59,715 bases of DNA from a virus. Lineage: Duplodnaviria; Caudoviricetes. Of this stretch, positions 27,881-39,070 are shown in pieces (position 1 is the stretch's first letter; each line of letters begins with the position of its first letter). The notes beneath the pieces are model-generated. The model ran no database searches and was not told the DNA's origin. It was given only the letters and a program-made list of their open reading frames with translations. A program made the translations under genes and the position numbers. Location of the stretch: the IMG/VR virus record IMGVR_UViG_3300033067_002245, positions 1-59,715 of that record. One strand, given 5' to 3'.

Positions 27881-29038
27881 ATGAGTTTACAACTGCAAAA
27901 GGGGTCTTTCGAAGACTTCAAAAAGGGAGGCGACCTCTCCGGAATGGTGTTCACCTTCCGTATATTAAATTCCAATTTAAGTCCAACAATGCATTCGAGT
28001 GATGGCCAGCCGTTAAAAAGCAGGGCACTTGATCGTATTGAAGCATTCGATATCATTCGTGAGAAACTGAAGGATGGAAGAACTGTTGTTCGTACTATTC
28101 GTTACATAGAGGGCGAACCAAGCATTTACAAGGATGAGCAATCTCCGGATAAAGATATTCCAAAGAAAAAACATTATTTGACATTCCCAAAAGGCGTTAA
28201 AATTGTTTCTGGTGCTGATAGTCAGCTTTTACAATTTATGATGTTGACTAACTACAATGCGAGCAATCCTGATCGTATTGTTAACGACACCACACCGGCA
28301 CTATTTGAGCTTGTTGATACAAGAAAGATTATCGCTCAAAATATGGCAAAAGATGAGCTTATAGAAGATGCTAGGTACTTCTGTAGAAAAGGGGACTGGG
28401 CTGAGGTAAAGGCTTATGCTCGTGTCCTTAATGTTCCTCTTCATGCGGATCCTGCAGAAATTCGTTGGCATCTTAGAAGTATTGCTGAGAAGGATCCTGG
28501 AAAGTTTATGGCAGGATTAAAAGATCCTTTGATGCGTAAAAAGCATTATGTTCTTGAAGGAATTGATGAAGGATATTTGATTTTAAATAAGCAAAATAAT
28601 TCAATTGCTTGGGCTAATAATCCGTATGAACCGCTTGATGTAGCTGGAATGGATAAAGATGTAGTCGATTCTCTTGTTCGTAAATTCACTACTGAAACCG
28701 GTCGCTTACATTATGAAGCGCTTCTTGATTTATTGAAGCCTGTAGATAACAAAAACTTTAATTTACCTCCTCCAACATCTGAAGATTTAGCTGAAATTAA
28801 AGCTACTGCTAAGCCAGTGCCCGGTATATGGGCTGCAGAAGAATCTGATGAAGAGCTAACTGCTTTTGTGGATGAGGCTGTTTTGAGGAACATTGTGGTA
28901 TTTAAAAAGCCTATGTGGTATGTTTATCAAGGGGAGAATTATCAGAAGAAAGAAGGGCTTGTTACAGCGCTAAAAAGTGAAGAACAATTACTTGGGTCTT
29001 TGAAGAAAGATTTACTGAAAAGCAGAGAAGCACAATAG
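27881..29038 (+). CDS. Conserved hypothetical protein downstream of capsid gene
   Basis: RTIRY..GEPSIY.DEQ motif; position. Confidence 0.7.
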   Translation: MSLQLQKGSFEDFKKGGDLSGMVFTFRILNSNLSPTMHSSDGQPLKSRALDRIEAFDIIREKLKDGRTVVRTIRYIEGEPSIYKDEQSPDKDIPKKKHYLTFPKGVKIVSGADSQLLQFMMLTNYNASNPDRIVNDTTPALFELVDTRKIIAQNMAKDELIEDARYFCRKGDWAEVKAYARVLNVPLHADPAEIRWHLRSIAEKDPGKFMAGLKDPLMRKKHYVLEGIDEGYLILNKQNNSIAWANNPYEPLDVAGMDKDVVDSLVRKFTTETGRLHYEALLDLLKPVDNKNFNLPPPTSEDLAEIKATAKPVPGIWAAEESDEELTAFVDEAVLRNIVVFKKPMWYVYQGENYQKKEGLVTALKSEEQLLGSLKKDLLKSREAQ

Positions 29039-29043
29039 TTTGG

Positions 29044-29073
29044 AAGCCCCATCAATAAAAGGTGGGGCTTTTT
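29044..29073 (+). terminator. Intrinsic terminator
   Basis: AAGCCCCA...TGGGGCTT-TTT. Confidence 0.8.
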
Positions 29074-29082
29074 ATTTATTCC

Positions 29083-29118
29083 TTATTTAGAATCATTCTA
29101 AATAATTGCGTATTTTTG
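29083..29118 (+). promoter_or_regulatory. Operator plus -7 promoter, copy 4
   Basis: TTATTTAGAATCATTCTAAATAA-TTGCG-TATTTTTG. Confidence 0.88.
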
Positions 29119-29134
29119 ATAAAAATATACTTCT

Positions 29135-30055
29135 ATGCCATCAATCACAGGACTTAACGTAGGGTTTTATATCAATTATGGTGGCGTGTCTGCCCCATGT
29201 ATAATTCTTCAAGATACAACCGATTATTCGACTCAAGGTATTGCTGATAGAAATACTTTAAATGGAAATTTGAAAATAACGGCTCCAAGTGGTGTTGTTA
29301 TTCATGAAAATACAGACTTTTCTGATGGTGGTTGTGATATGCCTGGAGCTAATTTCCCACCGGTATCAGATCTGTTTCTTCCACTAACAAGTAGTGGTTT
29401 GGTTCAGCCTGGTGTTTATGTTATTGATTACAAGGTTTTCAATAAAATTACTTCTGATTATTATACTTTCCAACGGTCTATTAGTTTTACTTATATAAAG
29501 CCAACTCTTGATGTTGATGTGACTGTTGATTATGATTTGGATCTTTTTACTTCAGATGATAAAACGGTATATGTTGTTGATGGGATAACTCCGGTGATTT
29601 CATCTTACGCGCATAATCTTTATTATCCGCATGGTTCTGCGGGAGATGGTAGTCCTATTTTGACTGGCGATTTAATTATAAAGACTTCTACATTTTATCC
29701 TGGTACACAATCAACTACAGTAAGAGCTACATGTGTTTGGACTTATGATAGTACTGCTGGGAATACTTTTGATGTGCTTGACACTGTTAGCGGAACTATT
29801 GATACAGTTGTTAGTACTAACGATTTATGCTCATATTACTGCTGCCTAAGAAAGTTAAATACAAAGATTGAAAATGCTCGTTGTCACAATCATAAAAGCT
29901 TACAAAGCCTTCTTGATCAGGCGGCTCAAGTATCTCTTTTAATTAATCTTATAAGTGTTGCTAAAACGTGTGGGTATACTAATGATATACCTGAGTATTT
30001 AAGTCAGATTAAGTCTGTATTAGGCTGTTCTGATGGTTGTGACGATTGTAATTAA
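29135..30055 (+). CDS. Putative structural protein, Cys-rich C-terminus
   Basis: Beta-rich body; ends GCSDGCDDCN. Confidence 0.65.
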   Translation: MPSITGLNVGFYINYGGVSAPCIILQDTTDYSTQGIADRNTLNGNLKITAPSGVVIHENTDFSDGGCDMPGANFPPVSDLFLPLTSSGLVQPGVYVIDYKVFNKITSDYYTFQRSISFTYIKPTLDVDVTVDYDLDLFTSDDKTVYVVDGITPVISSYAHNLYYPHGSAGDGSPILTGDLIIKTSTFYPGTQSTTVRATCVWTYDSTAGNTFDVLDTVSGTIDTVVSTNDLCSYYCCLRKLNTKIENARCHNHKSLQSLLDQAAQVSLLINLISVAKTCGYTNDIPEYLSQIKSVLGCSDGCDDCN

Positions 30056-30065
30056 AACTTAGATC

Positions 30066-30731
30066 ATGCCTGTTAATATAAACACTTTTAAATTGTTTGT
30101 TGATTTCGTAGCAAATAAAGCTCAGGTAGGAGGGATGGTGCAACCGTCTCAATTTAATGACTTGGCTAATCGAGCTCAAATGCAGTTGTATGAAAAAGAT
30201 TTTGAAACGTTTTTGCAGTCAGAGCAGATTAGTAATTTCCTTCGAACATTTTTAAAGAATAAGATCGCCTCTGTTCCTACTGATGGTGTATATGAAACCC
30301 CTGCCGATGAACAGCATATAAGTTCGATTCGTCATTATTATGTAAGAGAGACAGGCAAAGGGTTTAATGTTGAAGTAAAGAAAATGAAGAATGTTGCTTG
30401 GACAGATGTTCAGTCTCCGGGGTTACATGAAGCTACTTTACGCTTCCCAAAATATGAAGAGTTTGGGACCGTCCTAAAATTTATGCCTCGTAATATTGGA
30501 TTAATTGAGATTGATTATTTCCGTTTGCCTGTAAAGCCAGTTTGGAATTTTATTACAATCAGTGGAAGACCGGTTTATAATGCTCCAACAAGTACAGACT
30601 TTGAGTGGAATGAATTTTCTATGAATAGTGTAGCTGCTAATTATCTGGCTTTAATTGGTGTGAATTTAAAGGATCGTGAGCTTACTCAGTTTGCGGAGAT
30701 GTATAAACAACAAACTAATTCTGTGTTGTAA
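30066..30731 (+). CDS. Putative head-tail ring/adaptor protein
   Basis: ANK.Q.GG...P.QFN.LA..AQ...Y.R.P..P.W; position. Confidence 0.65.
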   Translation: MPVNINTFKLFVDFVANKAQVGGMVQPSQFNDLANRAQMQLYEKDFETFLQSEQISNFLRTFLKNKIASVPTDGVYETPADEQHISSIRHYYVRETGKGFNVEVKKMKNVAWTDVQSPGLHEATLRFPKYEEFGTVLKFMPRNIGLIEIDYFRLPVKPVWNFITISGRPVYNAPTSTDFEWNEFSMNSVAANYLALIGVNLKDRELTQFAEMYKQQTNSVL

Positions 30732-31327
30732 TGGAGATGACGTTGTTTAAAATAGCAGAGAAGTGTAAGTATCGCCTGGCTAGTGGAGATGTTCAATCTC
30801 TCTTGGCTTCGGTGATCGATGTATATGCTACTGTTGTAAAAAATGAATGGTATGAAAACCGTGCAGATGGAATTAATGAAGTTGATGGTGTTTTCATTTA
30901 TTCGTTTGGTAAAGATCCAAAATTAACTGCCACAAAAGATTCTGATTTGAATATGTACTATGTTACGATTCCAAGTTCTTATTTGCGTTTACCGCATGAG
31001 ATGGGAATCAACTTGGTTTGTTGCTTAGGATATCCTGACGCTCCATTTGTTCGTGTTGGAGGCGGAAGTCTTGGGATGTGGCTTGGGTTAAAATCTGCGG
31101 TGTTAGGTGGATCACAAACGTACTACGTGGAAAATAATAAGATGTTTTTCCCGAAAATGAAAGAGGCTCATAATATTTATTTGAAGCTTGCTATTGCTTT
31201 TGATTACGAAGGAATAGACATAGATGAAACATTAAACATCCCTCCAAATGTTGTTGATAAAATTGTTGATTTAGTAGTTGCTAAATATCAACCAAAACCT
31301 CCGGTGGATACTAAAATTCTTGTGTAA
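30731..31327 (+). CDS. Putative ring/adaptor protein
   Basis: Translationally coupled; size and position. Confidence 0.55.
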   Translation: MEMTLFKIAEKCKYRLASGDVQSLLASVIDVYATVVKNEWYENRADGINEVDGVFIYSFGKDPKLTATKDSDLNMYYVTIPSSYLRLPHEMGINLVCCLGYPDAPFVRVGGGSLGMWLGLKSAVLGGSQTYYVENNKMFFPKMKEAHNIYLKLAIAFDYEGIDIDETLNIPPNVVDKIVDLVVAKYQPKPPVDTKILV

Positions 31328-32088
31328 TGGGATATACTCTGACGCAAATAGTAAATGAGCTAATGATAGAGATGGGGGAAGGTCAAACAAATAAGTTTGC
31401 CAGATTCTACCAACTTGGCGTTGCAGCTCTTCGTGAATTTAATTTAGACACAACTGGGGTTCCCAAACCAATTGTATTGGATATCAATGATGACGATACA
31501 GCGGATCTTCCTTTGGATTATTTGCAGTATATCCGGATAGGTATCTGTGTTAATGGCGAAATTATTTGTTTAGGGCGTAATGATGCATTATGCATTAATA
31601 AGTTATATGACAACTGTAATGATTCAGTTGCTCATCCTACCGTTACGCAATTTGGATATCCTAATGGTTATTTGAGTGGTTATCCATACGGAAGACCTAA
31701 TTATAGAAATGGAGAGTTCCAGGGTGGATTGTTTGGTATCGGTGCTGACAATAATTGCTTGGGTTATTACCGAATAAATAAAGAAACAAATCAAATTGTT
31801 TTTTCTCAGCTAACGTGTAGGCGTGAGGCTATAATTATGGAATACATGTCTGATATTGATTCTATAAATGAGGATTTTGAAGTTCATCCTTTTTGCATAG
31901 CTGCTTTGAAGGATTATATTTTTTGGAAAGTAAAACAAAGAAGTTCTAAGCCACTAGGTGAACAGCAAATGGCTAATAGAGATTATATTAATTCAAGCAG
32001 ATTGATGAGGATGCGGTTTGCATCAGCAACTAAAGAGGAATGGATTAGTGCGTTCCGGTCTGGAATAAAAGCTTCACCTAAGTTATAG
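31327..32088 (+). CDS. Putative ring/tail tubular protein
   Basis: LPLDY..YIRI...IIMEY.SD...VHP...AL..YI. Confidence 0.6.
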   Translation: MGYTLTQIVNELMIEMGEGQTNKFARFYQLGVAALREFNLDTTGVPKPIVLDINDDDTADLPLDYLQYIRIGICVNGEIICLGRNDALCINKLYDNCNDSVAHPTVTQFGYPNGYLSGYPYGRPNYRNGEFQGGLFGIGADNNCLGYYRINKETNQIVFSQLTCRREAIIMEYMSDIDSINEDFEVHPFCIAALKDYIFWKVKQRSSKPLGEQQMANRDYINSSRLMRMRFASATKEEWISAFRSGIKASPKL

Positions 32089-32091
32089 ACT

Positions 32092-35000
32092 ATGCAGCAG
32101 AAACACAACTTTTTTGATGGAATGGACTCGGATTCTGTTTCTGAACTCATGCCGGAAGGTAGAGATCGTTATAGGTTGAATGTTCGCGCATTTTCTGCAA
32201 CTACTGGTAATGTAGGGGCCATTGAAACTATCAATGGAAATACATTGGTTTCTTTTACACTTCCTGCAGGTGGTAACTTTGTAATTGGGGCAAAGGAGTA
32301 TACAATCCAAAAAAAACTTTATTATTTCGTTTATAACACTTTAGGCGATCATTCCATCTTGGAGTTTGATTCTGCATTTAATACTATTGCTTATGTTTTA
32401 TCCGGCTCCTTTTTAAATTTTAGCCTTGAATTTCTTATTACCGGCATAAACATTATTGAACTTGATGTTGATAATCATTTATTGTATTGGACCGATAACA
32501 ATGAAGAGCCTAAGAAAGTTAATGTCGAGAAGGGCAAATATTTTATGCTTGGTGACTTCGTTAGGGGTTACGCTTCTCCTTTTAATCCTGAGAATATTTT
32601 TAGAATAAAACAGCCTCATTTGTTATCTCCTATTGCGGAGTATGGGGATGATCCTGATGTGCTTATAAATAGGCTTACTGAAAAACTTTTTCAGTTTAAG
32701 GTTCAGTATGTATACGACGACAAAGAAGTTTCTTCTTGGAGCCCATATAGTGCAACTGCATATCCTTTGTCGTCTGATACAGATGGGAAGAACAATAAAA
32801 TATCTATTACTCTTAAAACAGGAATTGATATTGTTGATCGGATTCGTATCGCTGCGAAAGTAAGTACATCCTCTACCTTTTTCTTAATTGCTGATTTAAA
32901 TAAAAAGGATTTAAACATTCTAAGCAATTCAGATTATGTATATGATTTTTATAATGATGGTAACTATTCAAACCTTGAGGTTAATGAGAGCATAAAGCTA
33001 TATGATAATGTTCCTATTAAATCTCAGTCACAAGAGATTATAAAGGGGAACAGGGTTACTGATGGAGATATAACCGAAGGGTTTGATTTGACGCCAATTG
33101 ATTTGGAATTGAATTACACTTTGAATCAATCTGCTTCTACTGGATTTTATGTGGATAGCATAAGAATAAATCATAACGGTCTTTATGACTTTACTTTTTT
33201 TAGAGTTCCAACTGTAACTATCGTAGGTGATGGTACCGGGGCAACTGCTGAGGTTACTGGAATGGTTGTGGGTAACTTTAAAATTAAGGATGAGGGATTT
33301 GGTCATATTGGAAGTACTCAGCTCACTTTTTCTAATGCAGGACAAGACTCCTCTGCTGCAGCTCATGTTGATTTTGATGTATATGGCCGTGCGGATTCTG
33401 TTGTTTTAGATAATGGTGGTCACGGATATAAATATGGGCCAATAGTATCAATGCAAGGATCAAGTCTTTCTGAGGCTTCTATTGTTGCATTGATGGCGAT
33501 AACAGAAATAACGGTTACTAATCCTGGATCTGGATATACACATGCAAGTGTGGTTATTACAAATTACAATAGCCAAGAAGAGGCTATAGAAACTTCGGTA
33601 AAGCTTTCTGGAGAAAAAATAACGCCGGTAAATTCTTATAAAAGAGGAGGGGCCTGGACTGAAGGGATTGTTTATTATGATCATGGGAATAGAAGCAGTG
33701 TTGCCAATATAAATCAGGGAGATTTTAATAAGATTCAGGCAAATGGAAGATATGGTTCTCATTTGTTTATTCCATTTTATACAGAGCCAAATCCTTTGGG
33801 GGCAGCACAGCTTTCATTTGATATGAAGGTTGATGGGGTTAATATTGTAAATGCAGGGTCTGGTTATACTGGGGCAACGACATTTACATTTTCTGGAGGG
33901 ACCCCCTCAGTTCCTGCTACTGCAACGCCTATTATTGGTGCCGGCAAAGTTACGGAATTGATTCAGGCAAATATTGGTGCTGGATATACTCCTGATGGAT
34001 TATATACTGTGAATTTAAGCGGTGGTACCGGCTCTGGAGCAACGGCTAAAATAGTAATTACTTCAGGCGCTGTTGATTCTTTTTATATTATAAATCAAGG
34101 AACAGGATATTTGGAAACGGATATCCTCACTGTGAGTACGGTTGGCGCATCTCCTGCTTTGGGTGGGCCTACCACTCCAGCTACTTTTACTTTAAAAACA
34201 GATTATCAAAAAATAATAGGGGCAACTATAACTGATCAGGGAAGCGGATACGATTCAGCTCCTACGATAACTGTATTTGATTCAGGTGGAGGTTCCGGGG
34301 CGATAATTAAACCAACATTTAAAGTTGATACAGTTACAATTGTGTATGGTAGTAGCGATTATGTTTCTCCACCTACGGCATCTTTTGTGGGAGGCAATCC
34401 TGCAGTGGCGGCTACGTTAATAACAACTATTAGTAGTGGTGTTGTTACATCGACAACTATAACCGGTGCGGGAGTAGGCTATAATAGTTTTCCTGAGTTG
34501 CGGGTTGAAGGTCGTGTTTATGGTGGAAGTTATCCGACAGTTGATTGGGCTATTTATAATGAGCCGCCATCATGGGCTACTCATTATCAAATTGTAAGAA
34601 CGCAAAATACTGTAAGCAGCAGATATCTTCAGTTTGCTATTGATTCTATTGAGTATCTGGATAGAAATGGAAACGTAAGGGTGTATGGTGATAGTGAGAT
34701 TAATCAAATGAGAATTAGTTTAGCGAACTTGCCATTTTTTCAGACAGAAAATCCTGGAACAATTATTAAATATGATTTTGTAAAAGGTGATAGGGTTCGA
34801 TTTAAGTGTGGCGTAAATCAAAAGGTGTATGATAGTTATTATGATTGGGAGATAGGATATTACACTACAGCGGATCAAAGAATAGGAGTTAAATTTCCTC
34901 CAGGTGTGTATCCGAATATTCCGGATTTTGAAGCAGGTGCAATAATTGAAATTTATGCTCCTAAATTAAATGTTGCCGAAACGGAAACTTTAATATATGA

Positions 35001-36546
35001 AATAGCTTGCGGTAATGATGTGTTGTTTGACGCTGTAAGTGGTAAGTATTATCATAAAGGAGATATTGAAGATCAGAGTTATTGGTCATTTACTTCGTCT
35101 TCTGATTCGGGAGGTTTTGTTCGATTAAGTTCTGGTGCGACACACGGATTAAGTGCCGGTGATAAGATCAGAGTTCAGCAGGATACGGGTTTTACGAATG
35201 CGGATTATAATACCTATGCTACTGTAACCACTGTTGTAAATGCAACAACAATAGATACGACCCTTGTGTTTGGCTCGCCGGTTCCTGCGCAAACGGGTGT
35301 TGTAACGGCTCCTGCAGCAGGAATCTTCCAAGGTGGTGATACGTTTTATAAGAACAGAGCAATGGTGTATGACTCTGGAACTAATTATGAAACTGTTCTT
35401 ATTGAGGATGCTAATTACTCTGATTTGTATTCCAGCACAAGCTATGATTATGGAAGAGCGAATGTTGTTGATCCATATGCGAGACAAGTAAATCGTCCAA
35501 GTACTGTTACTTATAGTGAACAATTTATTCCGGAAACAAATATTAATGGGATGAGTACGGTTTATCCTGATTCATTCCAGACGTATGAATTGAAGTATGG
35601 TAGCATTCAAAAGTTGTATGCTGAGGATCAGAAATTAAATGTTTTTCAGGAGTTAAAGATTGGAGCAATTCCAATTGAACAAAATATATTCTCAGGTACA
35701 CAAGGTGGGACCGTAGTGGGTACTTCTACCAATGTTTTGAGCCCTACGATGCAGTATTATATTGGCGAATGGGGTATTGGACGGAATCCCGAAAGTTTTG
35801 CTGTAAATGGCACCGCTAAGTATGGGGTCGATGTAAATAGAGGTGTAGCCTGGAGATTATCTATTGATGGATTAACTCCCATCAGCGATATTTATTTTAT
35901 GAAGAGTTACTTCAATAGTAAATGCAAGTCGTTCTTAGGTATACCTGGTGGTCAGTTTAATATTGTTGGGGTTTATAATATTTCAGACAATGAGTATGTT
36001 GTTTCTTTCTATGTTATAGATGGTCTTAATATTCAGGGAGAGACGCTTGCATTTAATGAGCGTCACAACCGGTGGTCATCTTTTTATTCTTATATCCCGG
36101 AACACTTTTGTCAAAATGGAGTTGGAATCGTTTCTTTTAGGCTTGGATCATTGTATACTCATGGTACGAATCCTGTGCAGAACAATTTCTATGGTGTTCA
36201 ATATCCGTCTAAAGTAGAGTTTTATTTGAATGTTGGTCCTAGTGATGTAAAAATACTTGAGGCTATTGGAGAGGAATCTACTTCTATTTGGGAGCTTGAT
36301 TTTGTAACAAATGCTGAGGGGCAGCAAAGCAATCTTATAGAGGCTGATTTTGTGCAAAAGGAGGGTATTTACTATGCTCCTATGTGGAGAGATGAACTGA
36401 CCCCTAATGTGGCGAACCCTTTATTTGAGGGTGATGTTATGCGGTCCAGGGTGTTTTATCTGCAATTCAGATATGCTGGAACATCTTACAATAAGACTTT
36501 CGCAATCAATATGAATTATATCATCTCTAATTTACATAATAGGTAA
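32092..36546 (+). CDS. Tail stabilization/nozzle protein with inserted Gly-rich repeat domains
   Basis: GMDSD...LNVR...GAIETINGN start, LYWTDN.EEPKKVN, YGSIQKL, GIGRNPESFA, W.SFYSY.PE. Confidence 0.75.
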   Translation: MQQKHNFFDGMDSDSVSELMPEGRDRYRLNVRAFSATTGNVGAIETINGNTLVSFTLPAGGNFVIGAKEYTIQKKLYYFVYNTLGDHSILEFDSAFNTIAYVLSGSFLNFSLEFLITGINIIELDVDNHLLYWTDNNEEPKKVNVEKGKYFMLGDFVRGYASPFNPENIFRIKQPHLLSPIAEYGDDPDVLINRLTEKLFQFKVQYVYDDKEVSSWSPYSATAYPLSSDTDGKNNKISITLKTGIDIVDRIRIAAKVSTSSTFFLIADLNKKDLNILSNSDYVYDFYNDGNYSNLEVNESIKLYDNVPIKSQSQEIIKGNRVTDGDITEGFDLTPIDLELNYTLNQSASTGFYVDSIRINHNGLYDFTFFRVPTVTIVGDGTGATAEVTGMVVGNFKIKDEGFGHIGSTQLTFSNAGQDSSAAAHVDFDVYGRADSVVLDNGGHGYKYGPIVSMQGSSLSEASIVALMAITEITVTNPGSGYTHASVVITNYNSQEEAIETSVKLSGEKITPVNSYKRGGAWTEGIVYYDHGNRSSVANINQGDFNKIQANGRYGSHLFIPFYTEPNPLGAAQLSFDMKVDGVNIVNAGSGYTGATTFTFSGGTPSVPATATPIIGAGKVTELIQANIGAGYTPDGLYTVNLSGGTGSGATAKIVITSGAVDSFYIINQGTGYLETDILTVSTVGASPALGGPTTPATFTLKTDYQKIIGATITDQGSGYDSAPTITVFDSGGGSGAIIKPTFKVDTVTIVYGSSDYVSPPTASFVGGNPAVAATLITTISSGVVTSTTITGAGVGYNSFPELRVEGRVYGGSYPTVDWAIYNEPPSWATHYQIVRTQNTVSSRYLQFAIDSIEYLDRNGNVRVYGDSEINQMRISLANLPFFQTENPGTIIKYDFVKGDRVRFKCGVNQKVYDSYYDWEIGYYTTADQRIGVKFPPGVYPNIPDFEAGAIIEIYAPKLNVAETETLIYEIACGNDVLFDAVSGKYYHKGDIEDQSYWSFTSSSDSGGFVRLSSGATHGLSAGDKIRVQQDTGFTNADYNTYATVTTVVNATTIDTTLVFGSPVPAQTGVVTAPAAGIFQGGDTFYKNRAMVYDSGTNYETVLIEDANYSDLYSSTSYDYGRANVVDPYARQVNRPSTVTYSEQFIPETNINGMSTVYPDSFQTYELKYGSIQKLYAEDQKLNVFQELKIGAIPIEQNIFSGTQGGTVVGTSTNVLSPTMQYYIGEWGIGRNPESFAVNGTAKYGVDVNRGVAWRLSIDGLTPISDIYFMKSYFNSKCKSFLGIPGGQFNIVGVYNISDNEYVVSFYVIDGLNIQGETLAFNERHNRWSSFYSYIPEHFCQNGVGIVSFRLGSLYTHGTNPVQNNFYGVQYPSKVEFYLNVGPSDVKILEAIGEESTSIWELDFVTNAEGQQSNLIEADFVQKEGIYYAPMWRDELTPNVANPLFEGDVMRSRVFYLQFRYAGTSYNKTFAINMNYIISNLHNR

Positions 36547-36567
36547 TATTGGATTATCTTTGTATAT

Positions 36568-37080
36568 ATGAACTTACAGATATTAGAAGATCATTTGGAG
36601 TTAAAGAGGAAGAGAGAGCTTCGCGATAGTATCTTAGGTTTTGAAGATCAACTGAAGCAAGATAAGGACGTAAAGATTGGAGACAATCTTCTTTGCCCTT
36701 TGAAGCACAGCTTTTCTGACGGTATTTATGTTCGGGAAATATTTATCCCAGCTGGGACAATGTTGACCGGTAAAATTCATAAACATGCACATCCTAATTT
36801 TTTGATGTCAGGGAAGGTGGAAGTGATTACTGAAGGTGGTGGATATGAGACTTTGCAAGGTCCTGTTTCAATGATATCAAAGGCCGGGACTAAGAGAGCA
36901 ATTAATGTACTTGAAGATTGTGTATGGATAACGGTTCATCATAACCCTACAAATACGCATGATTTAAAAGAACTTGAGAAGATAGTAATTGCTGATTCTT
37001 ATGAGGAGTATGAGAAGTTTTCTCAAAAGAAGGTAGGGTTATTTAAGAAAGTATTGAAATTTTTAAAATTAACAACATGA
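36568..37080 (+). CDS. Cupin-fold protein
   Basis: HSFSDGIYVREIFIPAG..LTGKIHKHAH...GTKR...WITVH; TATCTTTG promoter directly upstream. Confidence 0.75.
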   Translation: MNLQILEDHLELKRKRELRDSILGFEDQLKQDKDVKIGDNLLCPLKHSFSDGIYVREIFIPAGTMLTGKIHKHAHPNFLMSGKVEVITEGGGYETLQGPVSMISKAGTKRAINVLEDCVWITVHHNPTNTHDLKELEKIVIADSYEEYEKFSQKKVGLFKKVLKFLKLTT

Positions 37081-37769
37081 CTTGGGTAGCAGCGGCGGTA
37101 GCAAGTGCAGGAGCCACAGTAGGGGCGGTGCAATACTTTAAGGGTAAAGCGGATCAGAAAAGGAACAAACGTCCTACGTATGAGATTCCTGATGAAGTGA
37201 AGCAGAATTTGTCTTTGTCTCAGCAAATGGCTTTACAGGGTATTCCGGAAGAACAACGACAAAATTATATTGACAATATCCAGCGGACCTCAGCTACATC
37301 ACTTCGTAATTTAGGTTCTCGTAATGCTGGGCTTGCCGGTGTTGCTCAAGTGCAGCAAAATCAAAATAACGCATATCAAAATTTGTTTACAATGGATGCC
37401 CAAGCTCGCCAGGCTAATCAAAAAGGGGTACTTGATCAGAATCAAAATCTGGCTAACTATAGGGATCAAGCTTTCCAGGTAAATCGTATTAATCCTTATT
37501 ATGAGAATACAGCTAAGAATGAAGCTTTAATGGGAGCTGGACTTCAGAGCATAAGTAAAGGTATGCAAATGGGCGCTTCTACTATGGGTAAGTACGGAAG
37601 TAATGGAGGAGGATATCCGGCTCAAGGAAATCCTTATACGTTTAATCGTAATCAGTACAATCAACAGAATCCAGGTTTTCAAAATTATGATCCATATGGT
37701 GTTCAGTTTAACCCATATAACGGCGCTTATAACAACGACAATCAAGATTTATATAACGATATCGGCTAA
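37077..37769 (+). CDS. Putative ejection (internal virion) protein
   Basis: Hydrophobic Ala/Gly N-terminus, Gln/Asn-rich. Confidence 0.6.
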   Translation: MTWVAAAVASAGATVGAVQYFKGKADQKRNKRPTYEIPDEVKQNLSLSQQMALQGIPEEQRQNYIDNIQRTSATSLRNLGSRNAGLAGVAQVQQNQNNAYQNLFTMDAQARQANQKGVLDQNQNLANYRDQAFQVNRINPYYENTAKNEALMGAGLQSISKGMQMGASTMGKYGSNGGGYPAQGNPYTFNRNQYNQQNPGFQNYDPYGVQFNPYNGAYNNDNQDLYNDIG

Positions 37770-39070
37770 TGTATAAAATTAATCCAGGTGAAGCGAGGAC
37801 CGATTTGTACGGTATAAATAAGGGGGAGGCTCAGGTATTTGATACTTCTCAGACTGAACGTGCAGCATTATTTGCTCAAAAGCAAAAGGCTGATGCTGAA
37901 AAAGCAAAGCAGAAGAGAGAGGCTGACCGGTTAGATGATATCAATACTCAGCTTGGTGCAATGAGTAGTGTTGCCTATATGCCTCGCGATCGTGAATTAA
38001 TTGCCGGGAAAACTCAAGGAGTAAAGGATTATGTTTTAAAAAATGTCGATAAATTGATGAAGGGTGATCCTGCTTCAATGATTGAGTTTCAAAATATGTA
38101 TGGAGATTTGAAGTCGACTGCAGAACAATCTAAAAATGCGCGTGAATTTTGGGAACAAGAAGGGAATAAAATAGCTGCAAATCCAGGGTTGTATCGTCCT
38201 GAAGCAATTGATTATCATATGGCGTTTGCTGGCAAAGAGCACATGGGCAATTCCGCATACGATGTAACTCGACTAAAACATAATGTTGATTATGGTAAAC
38301 ATGTATTGGATAATCTTTTACCTGCCGCTCAAAAAATGGCAAGGCAAAATGGATACAATACTGACTTTACTCCAGAGCAGGCAAAACAGTTAATTGCTGA
38401 TGATTTAGATAGTTCAGATGTAAAATTTGAGCAAGTGGCTTATGACTTTAATAAAGCTAATCCGGAAGAGCTTGCAAGGTTAGGAAACCCTAAAAACGCA
38501 AAAGAATATGCTCAGGCTAAGTATGCGCCTCAGTTAGTAGTAAGAGATCGTAAGCCAATCCCTATGAGTGAGCGAAATGGTGGAGATAATCGTAAACTTC
38601 CAAAGGTTGCTGGTACGTATACTGATCAAGGTAATGGCAAAGGAGAGTTTCAGTTTGAATATACTAATACAGCTGATAATCCTTATTTGACTATTCAGCT
38701 GCCTGGGACTAAGCAGGCAATTGAGATAAAGCCGCAAAAGGTGATTTTTGATGGCAAAAATACTCGTCTTCAAGCTTTGACTAAGCCAGGCAAAAATGAT
38801 TTGGGTGAAGACGTTCCTGGAAAAGAGATTGAGTTGCCATATAACTATGTCTCAGATATAATGGCAAATAAGTTTGGCATAAAGAACGTGTATGATATTC
38901 AGAATGGAGATGTGCCTGAGCATGTTACCGTAAAAAGATATTCAGCTCCGTCCGGCCAAGAGAAAAAATATTCAGTAAAAGGAAAAGAGTATTCTCATTC
39001 AGCAGTTGAAAAAGCTGCAAAGGCTAGTGGAATGAGTGTTGAAGAGTATTTAAAAGCAGTTGGTAAATAA
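37769..39070 (+). CDS. Putative ejection protein
   Basis: Position in ascending-size trio. Confidence 0.55.
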   Translation: MYKINPGEARTDLYGINKGEAQVFDTSQTERAALFAQKQKADAEKAKQKREADRLDDINTQLGAMSSVAYMPRDRELIAGKTQGVKDYVLKNVDKLMKGDPASMIEFQNMYGDLKSTAEQSKNAREFWEQEGNKIAANPGLYRPEAIDYHMAFAGKEHMGNSAYDVTRLKHNVDYGKHVLDNLLPAAQKMARQNGYNTDFTPEQAKQLIADDLDSSDVKFEQVAYDFNKANPEELARLGNPKNAKEYAQAKYAPQLVVRDRKPIPMSERNGGDNRKLPKVAGTYTDQGNGKGEFQFEYTNTADNPYLTIQLPGTKQAIEIKPQKVIFDGKNTRLQALTKPGKNDLGEDVPGKEIELPYNYVSDIMANKFGIKNVYDIQNGDVPEHVTVKRYSAPSGQEKKYSVKGKEYSHSAVEKAAKASGMSVEEYLKAVGK

